Assembly (NCBI RefSeq): GCF_035084215.1
Contig: NC_090340.1
Coordinates: 3,472,001-3,536,000 of the forward strand
Length of the DNA: 64,000 nucleotides
Reading direction: 5' to 3'
From: Heptranchias perlo
Taxonomy: Eukaryota
Every line of letters starts with the position of its first letter. Position 1 is the stretch's first letter. The notes beneath the pieces were generated by a model, which was not told the origin of the DNA, searched no databases, and worked only from the letters and a program-made list of their open reading frames with translations. Shown piece by piece: positions 49,462-61,904 of the stretch. The position numbers and the translations under genes are program-made.

Positions 49462-50362
49462 CTAGGAACATAGGAACATTGGAACAGAAGTAGGCCATCC
49501 AGCCCCTCGTCCTTGCTCCGCCATTTGATAAGATCATGGCTGATCTGTGATCTAGCTCCATATACCTGCCTTTGGCCCATATCCCTTAATACCTATGTTT
49601 GCCAAAAAGCTATCTGTCTCACATTTAAATTTAGAAATTGAGCTGGTATGAATTGCCGTTTGCCGAAGAGAGTTCCAAACTTCTACCACCCTTTGTGTGT
49701 AGAAATGTTTTCTAATCTCACACCTGAAGGGTCTGGCTCTAATTTTTAGAGTGTGCCCCCTACTCCTAGAATCCCCAACCAGCGGAAATAGTTTCTCTCT
49801 ATCCACCCTATCCGTTCCCCTTAATATCTTATAAATTTCGATCAGATCACCGCTTAACCTTCGGAACTCTAGAGAATACAACCCCAATTTGTGTAATCTC
49901 TACTCGTAACTTAAACCTTGACGTCCGGGTATCATTCCATACGCTGCACTCCCTCCAAGGCCAATATGTCCTTCCGAAGGTGCGGTGCCCAGAACTGCTC
50001 ACAGTACTCCAGGTGCGGTCTAACCCAGGTTTTGTATAGCTGCAGCATCAATTCTGCCCCTTCTACTCCAGTCCTCTAGATGTAAAGGCCAGCATTCCAT
50101 TAGCCTTATTGATTACTTTCTGCACCTGTTCATGATACTTCAATGATCTATGTACCTGAACACCTAAGTCCCTTTGGACATCCACAGTTTTTAACTTTTT
50201 ACCATTTAGAAAGTACCCCGTTCTATCCTTTTTGATCCAACGTGGATACCTCACATTTGTTTACATTGAATTCCATTTGCCACAGTTTTGCCCATTCACC
50301 GAATCTAACTATATCGCTTTGTAATTTTATGTTTTCATCTACACTGCTTACAATGCCACCAA
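49462..50362 (-). mobile_element. CR1 3' fragment (same subfamily as 11943-13222)
   Basis: taggaacataggaaca tail; GLYSLEFRRLSGDLIEIYKI..RKHFYTQ. Confidence 0.93.
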
Positions 50363-51080
50363 TCTTTACTCCACTTTCCTAGTCTTGTCTCAGGCTTAAT
50401 TCCCTCATGTATATGACCCAGACTATCCTTTGTTTCTCGCTTGACATTCTCTGAAGTGCTCCCTACACAGGCAGCAATCCCAACTGCCTCATCCTTCTCA
50501 CTTGCCAACTTTCCCATTTCGTGCATTTAAGCTGGAGGCTAATCTGATACCCATCCTGTTCATCTTACCCACCACTGTCCTTTCAGATTCTGCCAATGGA
50601 AAAAAAAACAATACCTCTTCTTCCTGCATTTCCCCCCAGAATCCCCGTCTCTCGCAGTCCTTGCCATTCATGGCCTTATAGTTGACGATTGCATTCGCAT
50701 CCTGATTCTCACTGAATCTTGCCCCACGAGTGAGAACTCCTTATCTTTACTAAAGCCTTCCTCCCAAGCCATACATTACTCGACCTGCCCCAACCAAAAT
50801 ACTACAGTGGCGGCGTTGTCCATACCATCAAATCATATTTTGATCTTTCCCACTACTTCTCGGTACCTTCTTCTCCTTCGAGAATCGCAGCCTATGCCAT
50901 CTGCCTCGCCTCTCCTTTAAAATTATCGTTGTCTACTGCCCGCATAAGTCCCATCCCGCAATTCCTACCGAGTATCCTCCGTTCTTTGCGCTGTAACCCC
51001 TCAGCATCGGCAATTTAAATCACTACCTCAGCTCCCCTTGCCCTTTCTCCTCTAATTTTACTTCTCTGCTGTCTTCCCTA

Positions 51081-53546
51081 TGATGTGGAGATGCCGGTGA
51101 TGGACTGGGTTTGACAATTGTAAACAATTTTACAACACCAAGTTATAGTCCAACGATTTTATTTGAAATCTACAAACTTTCGGAGGCTTCCTCCTTCCTC
51201 AGGTAAATGTCATGAATTCATCGAAGCCGACGCATTTATAAATCAGAGAACAATACATGGTGATTACAGACTGCCCCTGCAACTGCTCGTTGCCAAGGCA
51301 ATCACCGTGTTCAGACAGAGAGGTGTCACCTACAGAACCCCCGAATATACATTCAACAAAAAAAACAAACAGGAAAAAAAACAGAGAGAGAGAGTGGCAG
51401 AAACATCCAGAAGGCAGAGAAAGCCAGCAAATGACCCGTTATATTAAAAACAGATAGCTTTTGTTCGCTGGTGGGCTTAAGTGTAGCATGACATGAACCC
51501 AAGATCCTGGTTGAGGCCATCCTCATGCGGAACTTGGCTATCAATTCCTGCTCGACAATTTTGCGTTGTCGTGTGTCTCGAAGGCCGCCTTGGAGTACGA
51601 TTACCCAAAGGTCGGTGGCTGAATGTCCATGACTGCTGAAGTGTTCCCCGACTGGGAGGGAACCCTCCTGTTTGGCGAATGTTGTGCGGTGTCCGTTCAT
51701 CCGTTATCGCAGTGGCTGCATGGTCTCGCCAATGTACCATGCTCTGGGGCATCCTTTCCTGCAACGTATGAAGTAGACAACGTTGACGGACCAGTTCAAT
51801 CAGGAACACTTCTCACCACGATGGACGTCTCGGCACTCTACACCAGTATCCCCCACGATGACGGCATCGCTGCGACAGCATCAATACTCAACACCAACAA
51901 CAGCCAATCTGAAGACGCCATCCAACAACTCATCCGCTTCATCCTGGATCACAATGTCTTCACCTTCGATAACCAGTTCTTTACCCAAACACACGGAACA
52001 GCCATGGGGACCAAATTTGCACCCCAATGCGCCAACATTTTCATGCACAAGTTCGGGCAGGACATCTTCACTGCACAGGACCTCCAACCAATGCAAAACA
52101 CCAGATACATCGACGACATTTTCTTTCTATGGACCCACGGCGAAGAATCACTGAAGAGACTACACGATAACATCAACAAGTTCCATCCCACCGTCAAGCT
52201 CACCATGGACTACTCCTCAGAATCAGTTTCTTTCTTGGACACACGAATCTCCATCAAAGACGGGCACCTCAGCACCTCACTCTACCGCAAGCCCACGGAC
52301 AACCTCACGATGCTCCACTTTTCCAGCTTCCACCCTAACCACGTCAAAGAGGCCATCCCCTATGGACAGGCCCTGCGAATACACAGGGTCTGCTCAGACG
52401 AGGAGGAACGGGATGGACACCTACAGACTCTGAAAGACGCCTTGGTAAGAACGGGATATGATGCTCGACTCATCGATCGACAGTTCCGACGGGCCACAGC
52501 GAAAAATCACGTAGACCTCCTCAGAAGACTAACACGGGACGCAACCAACAGAGTACCCTTCGTCGTCGAGTACTTCCCCGGAGCGGAGAAACTACACCAT
52601 GTTCTCCGCAGCCTTCAACATGTCATCAATGACGACGAACACCTCGCTATGGCCATCCCCACACCTCCACTACTCGCCTTTAAGCAGCCACCCAACCGCA
52701 AACTGACTATGGTGCGCAGCAAATTACCCAGCTTTCAGGAGAACAGCGTCCACGACACCACACAACCCTGCCACGGCAACCTCTGCAAGACATGCCAGAT
52801 CATCGACACAGATACCACCATCACACGAGAGGACACCACCCACCAGGTGCATGGTTCATACTCCTGTGACTCGGCCAACGTTGTCTACCTCATACGTTGC
52901 AGGAAAGGATGCCCCAGAGCATGGTACATTGGCGAGACCATGCAGACACTATGACAACGGATGAACGGACACCGCACAACAATCGCCAAACAGGAGGATT
53001 CCCTCCCAGTCGGGGAACACTTCAGCAGTCAGGGACATTCAGCCACCGACCTTCGGGTAAGCGTACTCCAAGGCGGCCTTCGAGACACATGACAACGCAA
53101 AATTGTCGAGCAGAAATTGATAGCCAAGTTCCGCACCCATGAGGACGGCCTCAACCGGGATCTTGGGTTCATGTCACGCTACACGTAAGCCCACCAGCGA
53201 ACAAAAGCTACCTGTTTTTAATATAACGGGTCATTTGCTGGCTTTCTCTGCCTTCCGGATGTTTCTGCCTCTCTCTCTCTCTGTTTTTTTTCCTGTTTGT
53301 TTTTTTGTTGAATGTATATTCGGGGGTTCTGTAGGTGACACCTCTCTGTCTGAACACGGTGATTGCCTTGGCAACGGGCAGTTGCAGGGGCAGTCTGTAA
53401 TCACCATGTATTGTTCTCTGATTTATAAATGCGTAGGCTTCGAGGAATTCCTGACATTTACCTGAGGAAGGAGGAAGCCTCCGAAAGCTTGTAGATTTCA
53501 AATAAAATCGTTGTACTATAACTTGGTGTTGTAAAATTGTTTACAA
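51081..53546 (+). mobile_element. Penelope-like element (Neptune-type), 5'-truncated RT + GIY-YIG with an inverted 5' pLTR
   Basis: TMDVSALYTSI, GTAMG, RYIDDIF, LYRKPTD, Cys linker CHGNLCKTC, NVVYLIRC..WYIGET; 51115-51785 is an inverted copy of 52876-53546; 12-bp TSD CTGTCTTCCCTA at 51069-51080 and 53547-53558; premature stop at 52952. Confidence 0.96.
53459..53493 (+). ncRNA. Minimal hammerhead ribozyme motif in the Penelope pLTR (mirror copy at 51171-51205 on the minus strand)
   Basis: tac-CTGAGGA-aggagg-aag-cctcc-GAAA-gctt-gta. Confidence 0.82.
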
Positions 53547-54109
53547 CTGTCTTCCCTAAACCTCTCCCTGAATTTCAACTCTGCCACCGATATACAAAAC
53601 CAACTCCTCGAATTTGCCCTCTCACGTTGCCTCTCTACTCCAATTGTCGAGATCACAGATTAGGCTATCTCTGACCACTTATTTGCATCCCTCACCAGCT
53701 GCTTCCCCCTAATCCATTCTAACCCCACTTCTGCCTGCATCCGTCGATGGAAAAAACTATCTCCGAGATACTTACATGTGCACTTTCAAGCTGGCAACTG
53801 CCCAGCCTCTGTCCCTCCAGTTGCTACGATACGTCTGCAGCTGTTGATCTCTTCAGGCACTTCCGTACCTCTACCTTTGGTGCCTTTTTCTCCAGTAAAG
53901 CCTTCACTGTCTCCCATGATGGTTGTTGCCTCTGGTATAGCCCCCATCTTAACTCATTCAAGTACAAGAGACGCAGATTTGAGTGTATTTGGTGCCGAAC
54001 TGGTCCAGCCATCCATTACCAGATCTGGACATTTAGCGCCCGAAGGCTTCACTCTATTCTGCCTAAACTGTCGCCTACTCCACGATCATCTTGGAGACCA
54101 AGCATATTC

Positions 54110-56278
54110 GACTACCGACTGTCTCTACCGATATGCTCAATCACACCCTCACCTCCACCTTTGATGCCCCTGTCCTCATTAAAGCCATTACTCGCTCTCA
54201 CCCTGGTCGTTCCCCCTGATATGGCCCTCATCTTCACTGCTTTAAATCCAAGGGATGCAGACTTGAACGTTTATGGTGGACAAATGATTTAGCAATTCAT
54301 CGCCAGATCTGGCTGGACTAGACAAAGCACTACCAGGTCTTGCTCTCCTCTGTCAAAACTGCTCACTATTGCAGGATCATCCTGGAATGCAAAGATAACC
54401 CACAACTTCTCTTCTCCAGTATAAACCGTCATATTTAATGCCTGTCCCTATCACCTCCACCCTCACCTCCAAAAACAGGTACTTGAGGAGCTCATACACG
54501 TCTTTGTCACTAAGATTGAGACCAAACATTCAGCTGCCTCTACCACTTTCTTCCCTTCCCCTAGACCATCAGCCCAAACGTGCCCTAAAAGTCCCCCCTG
54601 CACTGGTCCTGAATTCGCGTCTTTCTCACTTATTTCCTTCATGCTTTTTCCGAGCACATTTTGACGATGAGGCCCACCTTCTGCTCCCTCGACCCTATTT
54701 CCATCAAACTGCTGACATTCCTGGCCCCCATGTTAGCTGATATTGTTAACGATTCCCTCTCCTCAAGTACTGTCCCCCTCCCCTTCAAATCCACTCTCAT
54801 TACCCGTCTCCTCATAAAACCCACCCTTGACCCCCAACTGTCCCTGCAAACTACCGCCCGTTCTCCAAGCTCCCTCCCTTTCCTCTCCAAAGTCCTTGAC
54901 TGTGTTATCACTTCCCAAATCTTTGCCCATCTTTCCCTTAATTTCAAGCTTGAATCCATCCAATCAGTTTTCCGACATTGACACAGTATTGAAACGGCCC
55001 TATCAAAGTCACAAATTACATCCTATGTGACTGTGACCGTGGTAGACTATCACTCCTCATTCTTCTTGACCTGTCTGCAGTCTTTGACAAGATTAGCCAC
55101 ACCATCCCCTTCCAATGCGTCGCCTCCATCATCCAGCTGGGTTACACTGCGCTCGCCTGGTTCCATTCTTATCTGTACAGTCATAGCCAGAGAATCACTT
55201 GCAATGGCTTCTCACCCTGCTCCCGCACCATTACCCCTGGTGTCCCTCAAGGGTCTACCCGTGAAAACCTCCAATTTCTCATCTACATGCTGCCCTTCGG
55301 TGACATCATCCGAAAACACGACGTCAGGTTCCACGTTTACATTGACGACACCCAGCTCTAACTCATGACCACCCCCACGACCCCTCCACTCTCTCTGATT
55401 TGTCATACTGCTTGTCCGACATCCAGTACTGGATGAGCAAAAATTTCCTCCAACTAAATATTGGGAAGACCAAAACCATTGTCATCGGTCCCGGCCACAA
55501 AATATGTTCCCTAGCCTATTGACTTCATCCCACAACTTTGCCACTGTCTGAAGCTGAACGAGACCGTTCACAATCTTGACGTCTTGTTTGACCATGAGAG
55601 GAGCTTCCGACCACATATCCGCTCCATCACCTAGACTGCCTACTTCCACCTGTGTAACATTGTCCATCTCTGCACGTGCCTCAGCTCATCTGCTTCAGTA
55701 GCCTTCATCCATGCCTTTGTTTCTTCTAGACTTGACTATTCCAATGCTCTCAGGACCGGCTTCCCATCTTCACTCTCCATAAACTTGAGCTCATCTAAAA
55801 CTGTGCTGCCCATATCCTACCTCGCACCAAGCCCCATTCAACCATCACCCCTGTGCTGGCTGACCTACATTGGCTGTTGGTCCGCCAGGACCACGATTTT
55901 ACAATTCTCATCCTTGTTTTCAAATTCCTTCATGGTCTTGCCTCTCCCTATCTCTGTAACCTCCTCCAGCCCTTCAACCCTCCGAGATCTCTGCGCTCCT
56001 CCAATTATTGCCTCTTGCCCCACCCTCAATTAGAATGACTCCACCATTGTCGGCTCTGCCTTCAGCTGCCTGGGCACTACGTTCTGGAATTCCCTCCCCA
56101 AGCCTCTCCGCCTCTCTACCACTCTCTCCACCTTTAAGACGCTCCTTAAAACCCTACCTCTTTGAACAAGCTTTTGTTCACCTGTCGCTCGGTGTCAATT
56201 TTTTTTGATAACGCTCCTGTGTCGCCTCGGGTCGTTTTACTACGTTAAAGGATGCTATATAAATGCAAGTTGTTGTTG
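54110..56278 (+). mobile_element. Younger L2 LINE nested in the old L2
   Basis: CSLDPISIKLL, LPFLSKVL and RLDYSNA region; tail gttaaaggatgctatataaatgcaagttgttgttg; repeats a segment already present at 53880-54060. Confidence 0.88.
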
Positions 56279-57430
56279 ATGAAACCCAACTCCCCTTTAT
56301 CTTCAAATGTGAGGATGTCATGGACTTTGTTGACTTGAAGAGTGAGATCATCTGTTCAGCTGGCTCTGCTGTCCCATTCCCTTTTCCAATCAAATCAAAT
56401 CTTTATTCAGGCTCTGCCCTCCATTGCTTTGGTTTCGCACCGATCTCCCTTATGCATTTTTAGAAATCATATTGTCCATGAGACCCGTCTGCCGCTTAAT
56501 TGATTGCATTCCCATTAAATTGCTGCCAACTCAACTTCCCTTCCTGGACCAATGCCGGCTGACATTCTACATGTTTGTGTCCTCATGTACTGTCCTCTGC
56601 CTCCAAAAATTGCTGCCGTCGCCCGCTCCTCAGAAAGAAACACTCTCAAAACCTTTGTTATTGCAAGATACCACCCAATCTCCAATCTTTCTTTCATCTC
56701 CAAAGTGCTGGAACTTCCAAAACCCGTGTCCATCTTTCCGACAATCCCATGTTCCACTTAAACCAATAAGGTTTCCGCTACTTACACGGCAGTGAAATGG
56801 TCTAACCAACGTCATATATGACACCCTGTGTGACTGGGATCGTGGTGCATTCCCCCTCCTCGTCTTCACCGACCTCTGCAGCATTTGGTATGGTCGACAC
56901 ACATCATCCTCGAATGCCTATTTTCCATTGTGCAGTTGATTGCAACTGTCCTCAACTGGTTCCATTCTTAACCATTCAATTATAGCTGGAGCATCTCCAT
57001 CAATGCCTTCGTTTACTCTTCCTGCATCATTACATCTGGAGTCCACCAAGGATCTAATATTTACCCTTTCCTCTTCCCCACCTACATGCTGCCCCTCGGC
57101 AACATCATCTGAAGAAATCGGATCAGCTTCTACATTTCTGCTGACAATGCCCAGCTTTGTCTCCCCACCAATTCTCTAGATTGCCCCAATGCCTCTGACA
57201 TCGAGACTTAATGGGAAGCAGTCCTCCAGTTAAACATTGGAAAGACTGAAACCATCATCATTGGCTTCTACCACAACAGACTTTTGTAAACTTAGCGTCC
57301 TATTCAGCCTGAGCTGAACTTCCAACACCCACATTCTATCCAAGAATCGTCGTACTTCCACATCAAAAAGATTGCCCACCTCCATCCCTCAATCTGCCCC
57401 TCTACTGCTGAAACCGACAAATATAATTTC

Positions 57431-60400
57431 AAAGAATCATAGAAAGTTACGGCACAGAAAAAGGTCACTGTGCATCGTGTCCGTGCCGGCCGAAAAAGAG
57501 CCATCCAGCTTAGTCACACTGTCCAGCACTTGGTCTATATCCCTGTAGGTTAAAGCACTTCAAGCGCACATTCAAGTACTTTTTAAATGAGCTGAGGGTT
57601 TTTGTCTCTACCACCCTTTCATGCGGTGAGCTTTAGACCCCTACCACACTCTGGGTGAAAAACATTCTCCTTAGCTCCCCTCTAAACCTTCTACAATTAC
57701 TTTAAATCTATGCACCCTGGCCACTGACCCCTCTGCTAAGGGAAATAGGTCTGTGCTATCCATTCTATCTAGGCCCCTCGTAATATTATAAATCTCAATT
57801 AAATCACCCCTCAGCCTCATCTGTTCAAATGAAAACAACCCCAGTCTATTCAATCTTTCCTCATTGCTGAAATTCTCCAATCATGGCAACATTTTCGTAA
57901 ATCTCCCCGGTACTGTCTCCAGTGCAATCACATCTTTCCTGTAATATGGTGACCATAATTGTATGCAGTACTAAAGCTGTGGCCATGCTAGTGTTTTAAA
58001 GAGCTCAGCATAAGGTCCCTGCTCTTATATTCTATGCCTCGGCTAATAAAGGAAACTATCCCATATGACTTTTTAACCAGCTTATCTAACTGTCCTGCTA
58101 CATTCAGGGATCTGTGGACATGCATTCCACGGTCCCTCTCTTCCTCTACACACCTCAGTATCTTTCTATTTACTGTTTATTCCCTTGTCTTGTTTGCCCT
58201 TCCCAAATGCATTACCTCACACTTCTCAGGTTTGAATTCCATTTGCCAGTTTTCTACCCACCTGACCAATCCATTGATAGCTTCCTGCACTCTCCAGCTT
58301 TCCTCATCACTGTCAACCACATGGCCAATTTTTCTATCATCTGCAAACTTCTTAATCATGCCCGTTACATTTATGTCCAAATGTATAAGCAAGGGACATG
58401 GTGCTGAACCCTATAGAACCCCACTGTAAACAGCCTTCCAGTTACCGAAACACTCGTCGACATTACACTTTGCTTCCTGCCACCGAGACAATTTTGGATC
58501 CAACTGTCCACTTTCCCTTGAATACCATGAGCTTTTACTTTTCAGTCCAGTCTGCCATGTGGGACCTTGTCCAAAGCCTTGCTAACATCCACGTGCACTA
58601 CATCAAATGCGCTAAACTCATCGACCCCCCTTGTTACCTCCACAAATAATTCAATAAAGTTAGTCAGGCACGACCTTCCCTTAACAAATTCACGCTGCCT
58701 TTCTAAGTGACGACTTGTACTGTCCCCCAGAATTGTTTCGAATAATTTGCCCACGACCGAGGTAAGCCTGACTGTCCTTTATCGTTTTCTCCCTTTTTAA
58801 AGAACGGTACAACATTAGCAGTCCTCCAATCCTCCGGCACCACGTCTGTAGACAGAGAAGATTTGAAAATGATGGTCTGAGCCTCCGCTATTTCCTCCCT
58901 TGCTACTTTTAACAGCCTGGGATACATTTCATCCAGGCCTGGCGATGTATTTACTTTCAAAGATGCTAATCCTCTTAATATTTCCTCCATCACTCTGTTT
59001 ACCGCATCCAATATTTCACACTCCTCCTCCTTTACTACAATGTCTGCACCGCCCCCTCTTTTGTGAAGACAGATGCAAAGTATCCATTGAGAACCATACC
59101 CATATGCTATGCCTCCACACATAGTTATCTTTTTAATCTCTAATCGGCCTTACTCTTTCCTTAGTTATCCTCTTGCTCTTTTTGTATTCATGAAACATCT
59201 TTGTTTTTTCCTTGATTTTACTTGTCAGTACTTTTTCATGCCCTCTCTTTGCTTTCCTAATCTTTTTAATTTCACCCCTGCAGTTTATATTCTCCTCTAG
59301 GCTTTCTGCAGTATTGAGGTCCAGGTGTCTGACATAAGCTTCCCTTTTTTGCCTTATTTTACCCTATATGCTCCTTGACATCCAGGGGGGTCTACATTTG
59401 GCATTCCCATAATTTTTCTTTACGGGAACATATATGCTCTGAACCCTCATTGTCTCCCAAATGAATGCCTTCCACTGTTATGACACTCATTTATCTTCAA
59501 GTAACATTTGCAGTCCACTTTTGCTAAACCAGTTCTCAGCTTCGTACAATTTGTCTTTCCCCAATTGAGAACTTTAACTCTTGTTCTATCTCCGTCCTTT
59601 TCCATAACTATGCTAATTCTAACTGAATGATGATTACCACCACCACGATGCACTTCCACTGATACTCCTTCCATCTGCCCAGTTTCATTGCCTAAAACTA
59701 AGTCCAGAACTATCCCCGCCCTTATTGGGCTTGCTACGTACTGGTGAAAAAAGTTATATTGAAGGCATTTTAAAACTCGATGCCCTCTATACATTTTACA
59801 CTGATTCTATCCCAGTTAATATTAGGGTAGTTTAAATCCCCTACCCGAGACTGCCCCATTGTTTTGGCACTTCTCAAAAATTTGCCTACAAATTTGCTCT
59901 ACTTTCTCCATCGGACTGTTTGGAAGTCTATAGCACACGCCCAGTAGTGTGATTACACCTTTTTTGATCTTTAACTCAACGCATATGGCCTCATTTGATG
60001 ATCCTTCTAATATATCATCCCTCTTCACAGCTGTAATTTTTCCTTTACCAATATTGGCCACATCATGTTTTATCTCCGTCTCCATCTCATCTGAAAACCT
60101 TGTAACAAGGAATGTTGAGCTGCCATTCCTGCCCCTCTTTAAGCCATGCTTCAGCCATAGCAATGATATCAAACTTCCACCTGTCTGTCTGAGCCCTTAG
60201 CTCACCTGCCTTATTCACTTGACTCGTTGCATTGAAGTATACCATTTTGCAATGCCAAACTACTTTGTTGTCTATTTTCTAACCTCTGTTTCATCTGCCT
60301 TCCAAATTCGCTGACTAATTTTCTGTCCTCCATTTCTCTGCTTCGCTCCCTTCTAAATCTACGCGCAGGCTCCCATCCCCTGCCAAGTTAGTTGGAACCC

Positions 60401-60690
60401 TCCTCAACAGCACAAAACTCCCTGCGAAAATATTTGTCCCGGCCCTGTTGAGATGCAACCCGTCCTGCCTGTATTGGTCCCATCTCCCCCAGAACCGGTC
60501 CCTATTCCCCTGGAATCTAAAGCCCTTCTTCACGGATCATCTCTCCAGCGACGCATTCATCTGCTCTATCCGCCTATTTCGCAACTCACTGGCATGTGGC
60601 ACCGGGAGTAATCTGGAGTTACTACAATTGAGGTCCTGCTTATTAATCTCTTCCATAGCTCCAAAAAATCTGTCTGCAGGGCATCAACCT
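57431..60690 (-). mobile_element. CR1 LINE (C-terminus of ORF1 esterase, EN, RT; disrupted)
   Basis: ORF1 RFWGRWDQYRQDGLHLNRAG (SGNH-type DGLH motif), GVCYRLP, KGRSCLTN, KFADDRK; tail aagaatcatagaaag. Confidence 0.93.
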
Positions 60691-60694
60691 CTGT

Positions 60695-60996
60695 CTAAAG
60701 AGTCTAGAACAAGAGGACCAAGTCGCAGGATAAGGGGTCGGACATTTAAGCCTGAGATGAGGAGGAAATTCTTCACTCAGTGGCTTGTGAATCTGTGGAA
60801 TTCTCTACCCCAGAGATGATTGTGGATGCTGAGTCGTTGACAATGTTCAAGGCTGAGATAGGTCATTTTTGGACTCTAGGGAAATCAAGGCATATGCGGA
60901 TCGGGCAGGAAAGTGGAGTTGAGGTTGAAGATCAGCCATGACCTTATTGAATGGCGGAGCAGGCTCGAGAGGACGTATGGCCAACTCCTGTTCCTG
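60695..60996 (+). mobile_element. CR1 3' fragment
   Basis: ESRTRG..RIRGRTFKPEMRRKFFTQ plus the 3' UTR hairpin. Confidence 0.88.
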
Positions 60997-61904
60997 TTTA
61001 TTTATTTTACCTGCTTGCCCGCTCCTCCTTCTATACCCGCTCTCTCTCTCTCTCCACTCTCGCGCTGGTATCATCCAGACTCGATTATTCCAATGCACCC
61101 CTGGCCGGACTTTCATACTCTAGCCTCCATCAACTTCAACTGATCCAAACTGTTGCTGGGCTTATTCTATCCCGCACCATGTCCAAATCAGGGATCACCC
61201 CTGACCTCTCCGACCGATATAGTTTCCCGGTCCCCCAATTTATCCAATTTAAAATGCTCATACTTGAGTTTAAACCTCTCCCTGGTCTTGCTCCTCTCTA
61301 TCTCTATATCTCCCCACCCCCCAACAAAAAAACGCTCCACTTCTCTAACTATGGCCTCTTGTGCACCACCTCACATTGTACCAAAACTGGTAGCCGAGAC
61401 GTCAGCTCTCTGGTCCTTGTACCTTGGAATTCCTTTCCTAAACCCCTCCAACTCGCCAACTCGCTCTCCTGCTGTAAGACCCCACTTGTAACCCAACACC
61501 TTGGCCACGTTTTTGATAACCCATCCTACCATCACCTTCGTCGGCTTGGTGTCCATTTTTGCCTGATTATAACCCTGTGTAGTGAATCGGGATGTTAGTC
61601 CACGTTCAAGATGCAAAACTATAGACGCATAACGCCACCACTTGCGGAAGCTCTTTTATATGATGGAAATTTTGCATAGGAATTGTTAACTCCCAATAAG
61701 GGCGTAGTATATTATAATGGAATTGAGTTGACACAGAATTGTGATAAAAATGTGGTAATAGTGAGAAACATTTTGCAGATAGGAAGTATGTGTCGACATA
61801 AGACATTTTTAAAATAGCCTACCTAGTTTAATACCTAGAGTAAGTGATTGTCTATTGAAACAATATATTTTTCAGAAGTAACGTTCGTATATAGAATTAA
61901 ATAT

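Larger units (their letters stand above)
50560..61590 (+). mobile_element. Old L2 LINE in pieces (about 50560-51080, 53547-54110, 56480-57420, 61030-61590)
   Basis: EN-like LIVDDCIRILILTES, then IPIKLLPTQLPFL, YHPISNLSFISKVLE, ALVSSRLDYSNA and WNSFP in colinear order across four younger insertions. Confidence 0.78.

Noticed and set aside
51623-52954. 443-aa ORF as a novel or domesticated gene
   Set aside because: The first ~54 codons are the antisense of the inverted arm read through the junction; the rest is 5'-truncated Penelope RT that stops inside the GIY-YIG domain.
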